From contig OZ281497.1 of NCBI GenBank assembly GCA_965637545.1, forward strand, positions 14,818,001-14,882,000: a stretch of DNA of 64,000 bases. Reading direction: 5' to 3'. This document shows positions 48,701-61,300 of the stretch, piece by piece (position 1 is the first letter of the stretch; every line of letters starts with the position of its first letter). The notes under the pieces are model-generated. The model searched no databases and was not told the DNA's origin. It was given only the letters and a program-made list of their open reading frames with translations. A program made the translations under genes and the position numbers. Source of the stretch: Phallusia mammillata. Its lineage: Eukaryota.

Positions 48701-51700
48701 AAACAAATTGCATTTTTGTCAAAAACATCTTATTTTTACAGTTTATCAATGGAGGAGATCTTGAAAAACTGGTTACAAAGAAAAACATACGCTTATCTTG
48801 GAAACAACGGATACAAATTGCTCATGATATTTCACAAGGCATGAAATACCTACATGCGATTGGAATTTTTCACAGGGACCTCAGTGCAAAGGTGCGTTGA
48901 ATGGCTTCAAAATTAATTTGTAAGACCAGGAAATGTATTTTTCTCTTACATTCTGCTATGCTTGGCACTGGGTAGCAATTCAATTTGCCTTGACAGAAAA
49001 TGTGAACCAAAATTTGGCCTTTACATTGTCACAAGAATTTGTGCTTACCATTAATCCATATTTTGAAATATTTTTGACTGATCAAAAGTGTCATATTAAT
49101 GCATATATAGGTTTGGTTGTGAAAGAGGTAATATAATAAAGTTGAATTTAAATAGTGGAATTACTATAACACATTTTTGATTATTTCAGAACTGTTTGGT
49201 AAGCATTTCCACTGACAATAATGGCAAGAAGAAATACAAGGCAGTTGTGGCAGACCTTGGGTTAGCTGAAAAAATTCCAACGTGCACTGAGGACGAGAAG
49301 CGGTTTGCAATGGTGGGAACTCCATACATCATGGCACCCGAGGTTATACATGGACGGCCTTACAATGAAAAAGTAAGATTTACAAGCTGGTGTACATGGA
49401 ATGTGCCTCACATCCAATAAAGATGTTTGAACTTTACCTTCATATGACATTTAATTCATTGAAGCAAATATTGCAATAAATGGAAACTTAAGTCAGCATG
49501 TTCAGTGTAAAATTATAAATAATTGGTTTACAACATCAGCAACAAAATAGGGTCTAAAGCAGTCTTTTTGTTGTTATTTTCCACTGTATAAAATTCATGC
49601 AAATATGCATCAGTATCACAACGTGCTATGACTTTTAAAAGCCTGACTGATTTAGTGCAGTGACTTAATCTTCTGTCATTGAACCAACTTGTCATTGCAT
49701 GAAATTTATACCCTGTCAATATTGTCAAGTTAATTCTGGTGCTTGATCCCATGCTGTAAAATGCTGTGCATTGTATGACTTATCATGGTGGGAAACGACA
49801 AAGGTGTTAGGTGGTACAAACTTTCTGATTGGTTGCTTTATGAAAAGCAACAGTGTTTTTCCAACTACAATGCCACAAGAGGAAAACATGCCTTCCTGAA
49901 CCATGGCATGTTTGTTATCACACTATACAAACAATAAACAAAATGATTGCACAATTTGTAAGGCACTACCCTTTGGACACAACATAATTTCATTAATAAC
50001 CCAGACAATGTCAAGATGACAACAGCACAATACTAATTGCATTATGTTCATGTTTTTCTAGGCAGACATATTTTCCTATGGTCTTATACTTTGCCAGTTA
50101 ATGGCTCTGGTCTCATGTGACCCAGAGGAACTTCCTCGAAGCTATGATTTTGGCTTGGCAATAGACACCTTTCAGCGTTTGTTGACATCCAATGAGACAA
50201 CACCACCTAATGAACTCCTGCAACTAGCCTATGACTGTTGTCAGGTAATCAATTTGAAATAGCTTACAGTATCCAGGCAAAGCTTTTTGGTGGATCAAAA
50301 GTTGTGTGTCAATAGAATGTGGATATGTCTGCCAGGCAGCTTTGATGAAATTCCCACTGAAGTTTTATTATGTTGACTCAATCAATGTGTTTCAGCATTG
50401 TTATACGGCTTAACATACACCTGACAAAGTGTGTTTGCATTACAAACACATAAAACTTGATCTGTTCTCATTTAGCCAATATATAATGGTCCTCAAAAGG
50501 TATATTGGTAGATGACAGGTCATTTTTTGTAAATGTCCATTTAGATAACATTAATTTATTTTTAAGTGAGTTGTAAAAAAATTATGTTCCCATTAACTCA
50601 TATGCATTGATCTATTACAAATCTGTATTTAGCTTGCTTAAAATAGGGCAATAATGGTAGCAGATAAAGGCATGTCATTTCCTAGTTTGATTTGTTTACT
50701 ATTTATAGAAGGCTCAGGCAACCTTTTTTTACATTATTACCATTCAATCATTTTGTGTGTTTATATATTACATGTGGCCTTGTCATGTAGTTCTTGCCTA
50801 TTTAACAATCGCTAGGTATTATTTAAAATGAATATATTTTTAAAGAATTCATCTGATACAGCCATTTACAAGTAAACATTGATGATTTTGTATCTAGCTG
50901 GAACCAAAAGCACGCCCAACTTTCTCCAAAATTGTTGCCTGTTTGGAAGCCATCCTCACTGCCCTGAAAAAGAAGAAAAGGGCTTCTTCGTTTCGAGGTG
51001 TGTGAAGTTATTTGTAAGGAATGCGCAAATGTTTTTTTAAGTATGATCGCGAACAGACTTGATTGTGTTTGAATTCCAGACGTTGTGGCTGTGTTCGCTG
51101 CCTTCTCGCCCTGTCTACCCGTAAAGGCCGATTAAAAACAGACCCGTGGGTGTGCTTACGACTTAGCAACACTGCGACCGGATAAGCTTACGTCCCGGGC
51201 GTAAAATTACGCAACAGTGCCATAGTGTTCAATGCGTTTCGTGTAGAATTGATCAATAGAGTAACGGTCGCCGTAATTGCTTTTGTTTTAGTACCGGGCG
51301 ACATTTAACGTCCTTCTATTTTGACGCGACCTTTGCTGTTTAGTGCGCAAAGGCGTGCAGGTTATGCGTCAAATGTATCGAACGTCCACCAGTCATGTCA
51401 TTGCTTGCTCGTCACAACGACGCTAAGCGGTTAAGTTTCGGCCGCCACTCGATTTACATGCAACTATGCACATGTGTACCAACGTTGCGATTGATTACTT
51501 CTGGCTCCCGCTTCTATTGTCGGCCCTTGCGCGTTGTTCCAGCAAGTGCTGGTTGAGGTTAATCACGATCTTCCTTCCTGTTTTGGGCGCCTTTGGGCAA
51601 AGCTTTGGTGAAAGCAAACTTCTCTTGTTGCACCTAGCGCTAGACGTCCTGCCTTGCCATTGCCAGCTGCACCCTGTACCCCGATCGTGCGCTATCGTCA

Positions 51701-54700
51701 CGTTTTTACGTGTTTCGTTAACTCTTGCAATGTTGACATTTGCTAAGCATCCCGACGTGCGAGACGTTTTGGTTACAGCAAGACCCTGGCGACAACCTTT
51801 GATATTAAAACCGCATTCGATGTGCATTTGCGTGCATGAAAATAGTCTGGGCCCACAGTGTCGCATGCCGGAAGTTTATGCTACTACGTCTTCGTTTTGC
51901 GTTACTGGTGTGAATGGTAAACCAGATATCTGTAACTCTATCACATGTAAGCTACCAAATCGATTTGTAAACAACTCTTCTAATTCCGATGGCAAAATGT
52001 TTTAAGCAGATGAGCTACAAACTATTTTCAGCTGAAACCAAACTTATTTGTACAGACCATCCCGTATGAAAATATTTCCAACTACACATAACAATCAGCT
52101 GTTGGGATATTCGTAATGTTTGTGTTTCTCAATGCGCTGTGACGAGGTTCGGGTATTGTTGTGTTGTGCGATATATAAAGGGATTTTGCGACAAGACGCT
52201 TATTAACGTGCCATTTTCAACCACGCACCGTTGGAATTTTTACTGCTAGCAGTTAACTACGGGAACACAATAGCTGAAGTCAACGCCAGGTCACCTCGCT
52301 AGCAAAGTTTAGTCAGTCAGATAAACTTTTTTTATCTTTTCAGTTGACGACAGCGCCAGAAGTCGTTATTCGGCTTCCACCACCCGAAGTTCGCAACCCT
52401 CAGCAAACAATGGGAATTCGACAGTATCTCCATCCAAACCTCCTATGTCACCTAGAGTAAGTGTATCCTGCAATATAAAATACGTGATCACATATAGTTA
52501 CAGACCATTATAAGTGCTGGTCGATATTCCTCGTACAGGTTTGAGACATGTGTTTTTATGTCTAGAACTACATATGTTTAAGCTGCAGACATATGTTTGT
52601 TGTTTGTTTTTATAAATGCATATGTTTGTTTTTATAAATGTCCCGAATTGGTTTGCGATATCATTGTTCACGTTGTTAGAACTGCACATGTTAATATATG
52701 AATTGCCTTCTTGCTTTCGTGAGCATGCATCGAATGTTTACTGCTGTAAAACCCCCCACCCAGCCCCTGTAGTGACACATACTCGGGCGACCCGTCCAAT
52801 CTCCCGGGTTGCATCACAACCCCACGCGACCTCGATCAGTCACTGACCCATGGTTTATCCACCTATCACAGGGTCGCCGCCCGTCGTCCACTTCTCGTCT
52901 TTCTCGAAGTTTCTCCGACATATCACGTGAGCTGTTAACGCATGCCGCAAACATGGCTTGCTCAGCAAACGATGATGACGAATCAAGCTTCACAAATCCT
53001 TTCTCCACACTGGAGGTGAGTTGTATGATACATTGTATGCTCTATGCATTACATAAAATACATGTTAAATGACCATGTACCTTTAATGTTTTACATGTGT
53101 TGCATCACCATTGGTTTATTTGTCAAATAAATTGTGTGGTCATTTTTATCACCAATCAAGCAACGTAAAGTGTAATCTGTTGCACAGCCTTTAATTTCTC
53201 GGCGAACTTGCTATCGGACCATGTACGCAGCATGTGTAAAGATTAGAGCGCCCTGTCGGCGTTTAACCTCGACCAACAGTATTGATTGCTTATTGCAAAT
53301 ACACATGGCCAACAGTGGATGCTTCTCGAAAATGTTAAATGAGGTCCTATATGTTTCATGCATCGAACGCCTTCAATTATGTGGTTTGTTGTTTGATAAG
53401 GGACAATAACCGATACGTTTAACTCCCATACTCGATGACGTCACTTAATGTACATCCTGACTTGCAGTTAGGTATAACGTGGTTAGCCTATCAACGACCT
53501 GCACATATCACATACCACAACATGTATATTCCACAAATGGAAGCGTTTCCGCTAGTCTTCCGCTAATATATAGAGTCCAGTGATGTCACAACTACGTTTC
53601 GAATGTTAATACATTGTCGCTGGTAATTTAGTGCTGTGACGCGACATGTGTAGTGCTTACTAATCGGTGTTGCATTTTTTGTGCGAAACGTAGGGGTAAT
53701 GTACAATAGGGAATGACGTAATTTTACCGCTTTGTTTTTTGTGCGTAATAGTTTCGCTTTATTCTGATAGAAAGTGTTTAGACGGTGATCGTTAAAATTC
53801 AAGGCTGCTGTAAGCCCGAAAGAGAAAGCAAACAGTCAAACACAATATTTCTGTTTCTGTTATTGCTTCCCATGTAAAACTCGAAGGAAATATGTTTCAT
53901 ACGCATACACTGGTTTGAAGCGGCACTCTTGCATGTACAAGGAAAAGCACCGTACAGCTTGTAAGCAAGTCGCCAACCGAATATTTTAACAAACCCTGCT
54001 GCCGTTTTCGGTTTCTGTTACAAGTGGTAATACCGTGTACCACTAAGTTTTATATATGTTCCAGCCCTTGCCTGTACCATTTACTACAGTGCAAAAGGTC
54101 ACCCCATGTTGACAATAGCCGACCGATCGCGTTATACAGCTGTGTTGTAGTTAAAAATTTAACTAACATCTGTTGAGTGCCGGTTTTCCCACCGATGTTT
54201 ACAAAGTAGGGATTGAGACAACAAGACAAGGTCACTTAACTGTGACGACCGCGGCCCCGCTAGGCTTTGATACACAACTTCACTAGACTCGGTTATTATA
54301 TGCATTTTACCGTGAATAAGAACATGGTTTTGTGTAAAATAAGTAAAAATATACTGTGGTGACCGACGGATCTGTCTTCACTCATCAAATACCCAAAATT
54401 ACTCAATAAAAGCGGCAGACGATAAGTGTCAGTGTTATTTTCCATGATTCTATTTGAATAAGACAGAAACTGACGATCTAAATAGGAGGAATTAAAATTT
54501 CTGTTTCGAAAATAAAAGATTGGACTATTACTGATCGTCTTCCGCTCTTATTGAGTAAGTTTGGGGAGATAGTTTTATGCGAACAATGTTTTATCTGCGA
54601 AATCTGCCTCCGGTACATTGCAAGTGCGTGAAACGCTGTGGTAAGCCAAGATACAGTTACCTTACTGTTGTGACCTTTCGGTACGAATAGAGCTTCCTTT

Positions 54701-57163
54701 GATGGCATTTGATGAAAAATGAGGCAAATTATAATGCCGACGCTGTCAGTTTTTGCAAATGTCCTGTGGTGGGTAATCAGTATGTGTGTTATTTATAGCA
54801 CTGAGCTTTCCTCCGTTACAAAGCACTTATATATACAGACAGCGATGGTTGGGCGGTGAACCACCAACGTGTACTGCGTGACAAGCAACGTCTGAGATCG
54901 ATTAATGAACTCGTGTGTTACACGGAAAACACTACGTATTTATAATATTTTAATCAGTCGGTACAAGGATACCACAAATATGCACAACTAGTAAAGCATT
55001 TTCACATTCTCGTTTGACTTGGGTCATTATATGACCTGTGTTTGTGCTTCACATTTATTTAGTTTTTCTTGCACATTTGGTTTCTGACCCAAGGGCAGTG
55101 AACTTTAGTTGAATTTAAGCTGAAGTGGTTAATGTTTGCCTAAAAGTTTTGTCACAAATGTGTAGGTTTAAATTGGAATCATTTTTGAACAGCAATACAA
55201 AATATTAGTTGTTGGATTACTAATCGTATGTGTAATCTTTTGCAGCATCTGGAAGGCGGCAATGCGAAGTTGACGGACGAACCGAGTCTCGCTCTTCTCG
55301 AAATGACCTTTGACATCGCAACAACCGACTACAGAAAAACATCATGGGTGGAAGAGACTGATGGTCCAAGCAGCAGCAGCAGAGGGTTGAAAAAACGGCA
55401 ACCACGCCCCAAATCAGTTTTCGGTGAGTTTTTTTTCGATCAGAAAATGTTTACAGTTTATTCGACGTGATGTGTTGAAGTGTCAAGAGGGGGTGAAAAG
55501 TGCTCGATTCGACACTAAACGTTAATTGACGCTCGTTTATTTACGGATTTGTTTAACTCCTAACGTCACGCATGTCAGGATTTGCCAAATTTGTTTACTA
55601 AGTTTGTCAAAAACTTGCTGGTCATAGTAAAGTCTTCGTGCCACGATAGCCGGAAACAAAAGTTATATTGGTAATTGGTTGGTATATAGATGGCCTTTTA
55701 GGACCAATGCGTTGTGATGCATCAAATTGCTGTAGCGACCTTTGGGCGTGGATACCGTCTTGGCCACGGCAGTTAAGCTTAAAACGGTCCCGCATATTGT
55801 GGAGCTATATTTGCTGCTTGGTAACCACAAACCAGCATGGGCTGGTAAATGTTCCATTGCAAACATGTCATCATAATTGGTTTGAGTTTATGAAAATGTT
55901 CTCACAATTGTGAATTTTTATGTCACATTTCTTTCTGTGCTGATTTTTGTCGCTGCATTGTTTGAGAGAGTATCATACTTTTCTAAACCATATTTTCATT
56001 AATGAAACTATTTTATCGCAGCTTCATTTAACGAACCGATGAACAACAACCCAGGAGTCCCATCCCCACCAACAACCCTCAACATCTCCTCCCCGGCGCA
56101 CAGTATACGTCATCGCTCATCGGACAGTATCATGTCCAGTCCCCGTTCACACTGCAGCACTCCCGACGGCATGCACCAATCCGACGAGTACAGGCTTGCC
56201 TTGCACCGAGCTATGATTCTCTCGCCGCGTGGAAACAATCTCGCTTCGTGGTGGTGCGCACGTAAAAGGGCTGAAGGTGATTCTGGGACCGCCAAAGAGC
56301 GTCAGTCACTGGCTTCGGTCATTTCCGTATTGTCGCGCAATGTTGCGCATGTGCGTCGTAGCATCAGTCTCCCCGACGTGTCTCGCATCAGCACACTATT
56401 TAAAACCCACGAGCCTGGTAGTCTAGAAAATTCGCTGACCGCTGCTGATAGAAAACCCCGCTCCCGTACTGGAGATGAAGTCTTCTACGGTAGTTCATCG
56501 CAGGAATTTAGTTTGTCCGGCGCGAACTCAATAAAGACGGAGTTCAATCGCCCATCACCTAAACTGATTGTAAGCGACCACGACTCTTGCGGCAGTGGCA
56601 GTACGGGTCATCACGTGACATTTGCGCCACAGGAGGAAGCGAAAATCTTCTTTCCCCAAGAAGAGGAAACGGAACGTCTTCCAATCGTACAAGAGGGTGA
56701 TTCGGACTTACTTGATGCCAATGCTCAATCCATTTCTTCTTCCTCATCAGGATGCTCTTCCAGTGGGCTCTTGGTTTGCTCCGCCGAAGTGTCCCAGCTT
56801 CGGCGCAGAGACTCGAACGACCGTGGCCGACGTCACGAACCGATGGTTGCTCCGTCAGTTGTCAATCATTCGTGCTTGCGCCGAGAGTCCAGTGATCGCA
56901 CTCACAGCTCAAAGTCAAAGAACCGAGATTCTGGATATGAAGAGGACCATCACGTTCATCAACCAACATCTCCTGTTTTGGAGAGCGGCAATGAACACGT
57001 GGTGTGGAGCATCCAAGAGAACGAGAATGCCTCGTCAACTGCGGGGGATTGTTGTGCCGAAATCCCGTACTCGAGCTGCAGCGGAGCCGTTACCGACTGG
57101 AACAGTAATGAAAACCATTTCCACCCTTCCAAGCACAAGCTGCGTTCGGACGCAGTTCTTTGA
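45717..57163 (+). CDS. TESK2: Dual-specificity testis-specific protein kinase (TESK1/2-like, LIMK/TESK family), about 872 aa
   Basis: Exons 45717-45971, 48262-48383, 48566-48614, 48742-48891, 49190-49372, 50062-50244, 50898-50997, 52344-52456, 52872-53015, 55246-55423, 56022-57163 total 2619 nt, open. Motifs: [82 protein letters not shown], plus TESK tail motifs [19 protein letters not shown] and RSISLP. The start Met could be 45717, 45738 or 45747. TESK1 versus TESK2 orthology cannot be resolved. Confidence 0.93.
47933..48003. repeat. Local 26-bp direct duplication
   Basis: CCCTTTCCTAGTTTGTTTTACCCTCC at 47933 and 47978. Confidence 0.9.
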
Positions 57164-58370
57164 GCAATCGTTAAATCGCCACGTCCATATTAAAACGTCT
57201 ATGCAATATACAGCGAAAAGAAGCCACGACCACCATTCATGAAGCCTTTGAAAGTCGACGGCACTTTAGAGATTCTGTCCGGCAGAGGGCAGCAGAAATG
57301 CATTCCGCGAATGTATATGTTTTGTAAATTCTTTGGATTTTTGTTCACCATGATTTATGTATCTTGCACATAGGCTAAAATGCACACGCACAAAAGCATT
57401 GATGTACATACACCTCATTGCGAACGTTCATGTAAAAATTGCAGTACTGTGTTTTTTTGACCGCACGTCTTTGCGACAAAATATGTGTTTTGTAAAACCT
57501 ATCTGAAGCCTTCGTGTTTGTATTCTAGCGAGAAATGTTGTCTTTATTTGTCTGGTATTATTTCTCAATGCTGTTTGGGTAAAAGTTATATTATGTTCCG
57601 ACATGACATACTATGTTCAGTATTTGCGGAAAACTTTAGATTTTTTTGTACAATTCTTCTCACTCTACTTTACTACCGTTTACGTCATCAAGTAGTGACA
57701 TTTAGGCCACCTTTTGCGCTCACTGTATTACAAGTCTAACAAACGCAATATTACCGTTAACATCCCGAGTTGAAACTGTTATAGCATTATTACCACGTGG
57801 TGGATTTTGCTCCACAACGTCACAACTATTGACCAAAATTTCTTCAACGTGTCGTTTAGCTGTGGGGGCATTTTTTGACGCACCCAAGCCGATGTACACA
57901 CTCTCGCCCGAGGTTCTTGCCTTTATTTCTCCACAGTTTTCTATGTGTTGCGTTATAATTTTACGTTTACAAATCATTTAATTATGTTCCACAGATCGGG
58001 CGAAAATAAATGCGACGCCACCATTGTTGAGCTGATCCACTGTGCTGACCATCTTAATTAGATAGAGTATTGTGTAGTATACAGAAAGAAACTTTAGGGA
58101 AATCTAGTTAAAGGTTTAATATCGCTTGTGTAAATCATGTATAACATACTACGCAAGCAAAAATCACAGTGCAATTATAAAGTAACAAAAATATTTCCGT
58201 CACTTAAAATTAAACCAATTTGTTGAAAAGTATGTAGTAAAATGAAAATTTTCTAAGTAACTGTTCCACTGCCGTACGTATAAATATTCACTGAATCTCC
58301 TGACACAGAGAAAAGGAGCCCGTTCTCAGTCCAATGAGACGTTTTGCATTCAATGGGTAATAGCCAGTCA

Positions 58371-61300
58371 TCACTTCACGGCTGGTGGAATGTTGACGGT
58401 AACCTTGGTAACGCCCCTAACATCCACATCTTCTTCCACTATCTTGCCACCCGCATCATCAGTATCATCCTCGGTCCCTATTTTATCGAGATGACTTTCG
58501 GACAAACTTCTGCGATCCGCTAATGGAAGGGGAGCACCGTTTTCCGTATCTTCTACGTTCTCGGAAGACTGTTTACTCTTCTCATCAGGATCGTTTTCGA
58601 AAGTCACCAAACCATCATCGGGTTTATCGGTTTGCAACACACTTTTTGACAAGTTTTGGTTTTCAGCGACATCTTGTGGTGGCGAAGACGGCGGTTGAAT
58701 TTCGTGGATAGGATTTTCAGGTAAACGCTCATTTGCATCTGGACGGATGTCGATCATATTTACTGCGCCGGTATCCAACTCCATTCGGTTTTGGATATTA
58801 TCTGACTGTGGTGGGTCAGTTTCATGTGTCGTGTCGACAGCAGTATTATTATCACCATTTGTTGCCATGCTGGGCGCTGCGAAAAATAGCATATTGTAGG
58901 ATAGGTGCACATTTTTGATCTTGTGCCGAATTTGGACCAAAACATAATGGTCAACCCGTTGTAAAATCTGCCTAGTTGGTAAATTGTCCAAAAATACATT
59001 CTATGCATGTGAAATATATAATATTTATCATTTATCTCCAGACTAAATAAAATATGCATTTAAAAAAAAATCCTGTAATAAAACTCTAAAAGTCTTGGGC
59101 AGACGTTATTGTGTGGACGAATATGTTACGTACCGATTTCGTCTTTAGGTTCCATTTCCGCAGGATTGCATTGGGTTCCAAAATCAGCCATGTCGTTGGA
59201 CTTTTTTGCCGATGACGCTCTCTGTTCTTTATCGTTAGTAGTCTGTAAAAGTTCTGATTGACCTTGTTGACCATTTGTCAATGGTATATCGCCGGTATCC
59301 GCGTTCTGCTCCTTAATTTCTTCTTGCTTCACAGAATCGACGTCTGTATCGTTTAAGTATGCGTCATCGTAGTCGTGAGTGCTGTTTGCTGCGGTTGGTA
59401 TGGTAACCACCGAGTGAAGGGAAGCACTGTCTGCAATGCGCTCTCCTGAGATTGCAGAATGAGCTCTGGAACGACTTCCGTCACTTCGACGACCAGCTGA
59501 CTTCACATTTCGTTTTGCCCCGTTATTGACCACCTGCACCTCTTCATACGTCATAATATTTGATTGTTGCGGTGATGTAGCGCCTGAACCATTACCAGGC
59601 TTCTTAAGAATTCCCAAATCACGGTAAATATTATGAATGTTTTTGTCCAGATTTAGTCGGACGGGGTCGCCGTGCAAACCTAGATGGACACTCCCACCGT
59701 TGGACTTGGCTTGGTGTACAGGTGGCGCAGAAATCTCACCTGCTATTGCAAGACCAGAGCGCCGTCCAGCGTGAGCGGAAAAACTGGTGTAGTTAGGCTT
59801 GCTTTTGGTGCTTCCACCTCCCGCTGGTGCAGTTTGCGGTTTGATGCCTCCCTGGTGATCCGGAAATATTTTACCGGAAGTCCCACCCAAACTCTTCACT
59901 ACAACACCGTTAGTTTTGCCGGAATGCAAACCTTTGTACTTGTTACTTCGTTCTGTCCTCGATGTTAGCTCTCGCATGTAACTGTCGTAGATTTTATTGC
60001 GCTTCTCCGCCTTCGCTGAAGAGGGTCGTTGAGGCGGAATGTGCAGAGAGTGAGATATCTGAATAAAGCCAGTGCGCGTTGGGAACTCGACGAGTTTGTT
60101 GATGTTGTCCACTCCAGTGAGACCGACCGGAGTTGCTGTTTTAAAAGATTTCGTCGTGCTGCCAAATCGGGATTGGCCAGCCTTTCCGGTTTGCGTGCGC
60201 CCGGTCAGCGGTGAACCGTGAAAGCCTCGGTTCGGGGGGTGTTGTGGCAAATCTGTCAACGCAGAAAAGTTCACAGCATATATTTTATTTGTTACAACTT
60301 TTAAACGCATCGTATTCCAGTTTTAGTTTGTGCTAGGTTACTGCGCATACGATAACAGCACACATGCGAAAAAAGGTTTATTAAATCAACACGTCATGCC
60401 AATGATCTACGGTGACTTTTACAAAGCTCGTTAATCTTTTTAAAATACTTTTCCAACATTGAATTAGGGCAACTTTCGGTGTGCGTGGATATTGTCGTGG
60501 TTTTAGATGTTACCCAACACAGAAATTAATGGTAAAAAATGAAGACTCACCATTGGCTATTTGCATTGGATAGTTTCTTGGTGATGAACCATTGGAACGT
60601 GGAAGAGTCGACGCTGACTTGGAACCGTGTCGAAAGTTTCCTGCCCGGCTTCGATTCTCGTAAGAAGACGGAAGTCGGTCGTCTTGTAGCAAACTCCTTG
60701 CGTCCGAGCTGCTGAGCTTACTGCTGGTCGGTGGCACTTTCGGTGTTTTGGGCGTGTTTGCTGGCACGCCGAATTTCGTTCCAGTGCCTAACGGTGCGTA
60801 GTTGGCCAATTCAAAAATTTCTTCCATGCGAATCTGTGACGGTCAGTTAGTTTGTAGGGTTTTGTAGCTACGAACCATGTGACTTTATTGTGCCGAGCAA
60901 TACTTACGGGTGAAACTGGGCTTGGTGGATTGGGTCCGTTTATAACGTTGTAGTTTTCATCCAGATCTGTTAAGTTTAAACCGCTGACGGGAACCGACGA
61001 TCTAAAAAACCCATTATCATGTAAGCTTTCTTATACTATCTGGAATAAAAGCACGGCTTAGGTTTACAGCCGTAATCATAGAATGCAATCACAAGACCTC
61101 GTTATCTAACAAACTGTACCACAGCGAAGTAATCAGCTTTCAAAAATTAACCATCGTTTACCACAACCTACTTAGGGACGGAAGGGCGAATATCCACAGT
61201 AGTTATAGGTGAGCTCGACTTCATCGGTAAGCTGTTCAGGGTTACGCTTTTGGTTCTGTAAGCACAAACATTTGTCAACTGCCTTGTGTTCCAGCCACCG

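Noticed and set aside
51653-51688. [12 protein letters not shown], a NACHT-like Walker A on the minus strand
   Set aside because: Lacks the Thr/Ser after GK, is bracketed by stops and has no Walker B.
56622-57242. 206-aa alternative-frame ORF overlapping the last TESK exon
   Set aside because: An expected by-product of a GC-richer coding exon, with no independent features.
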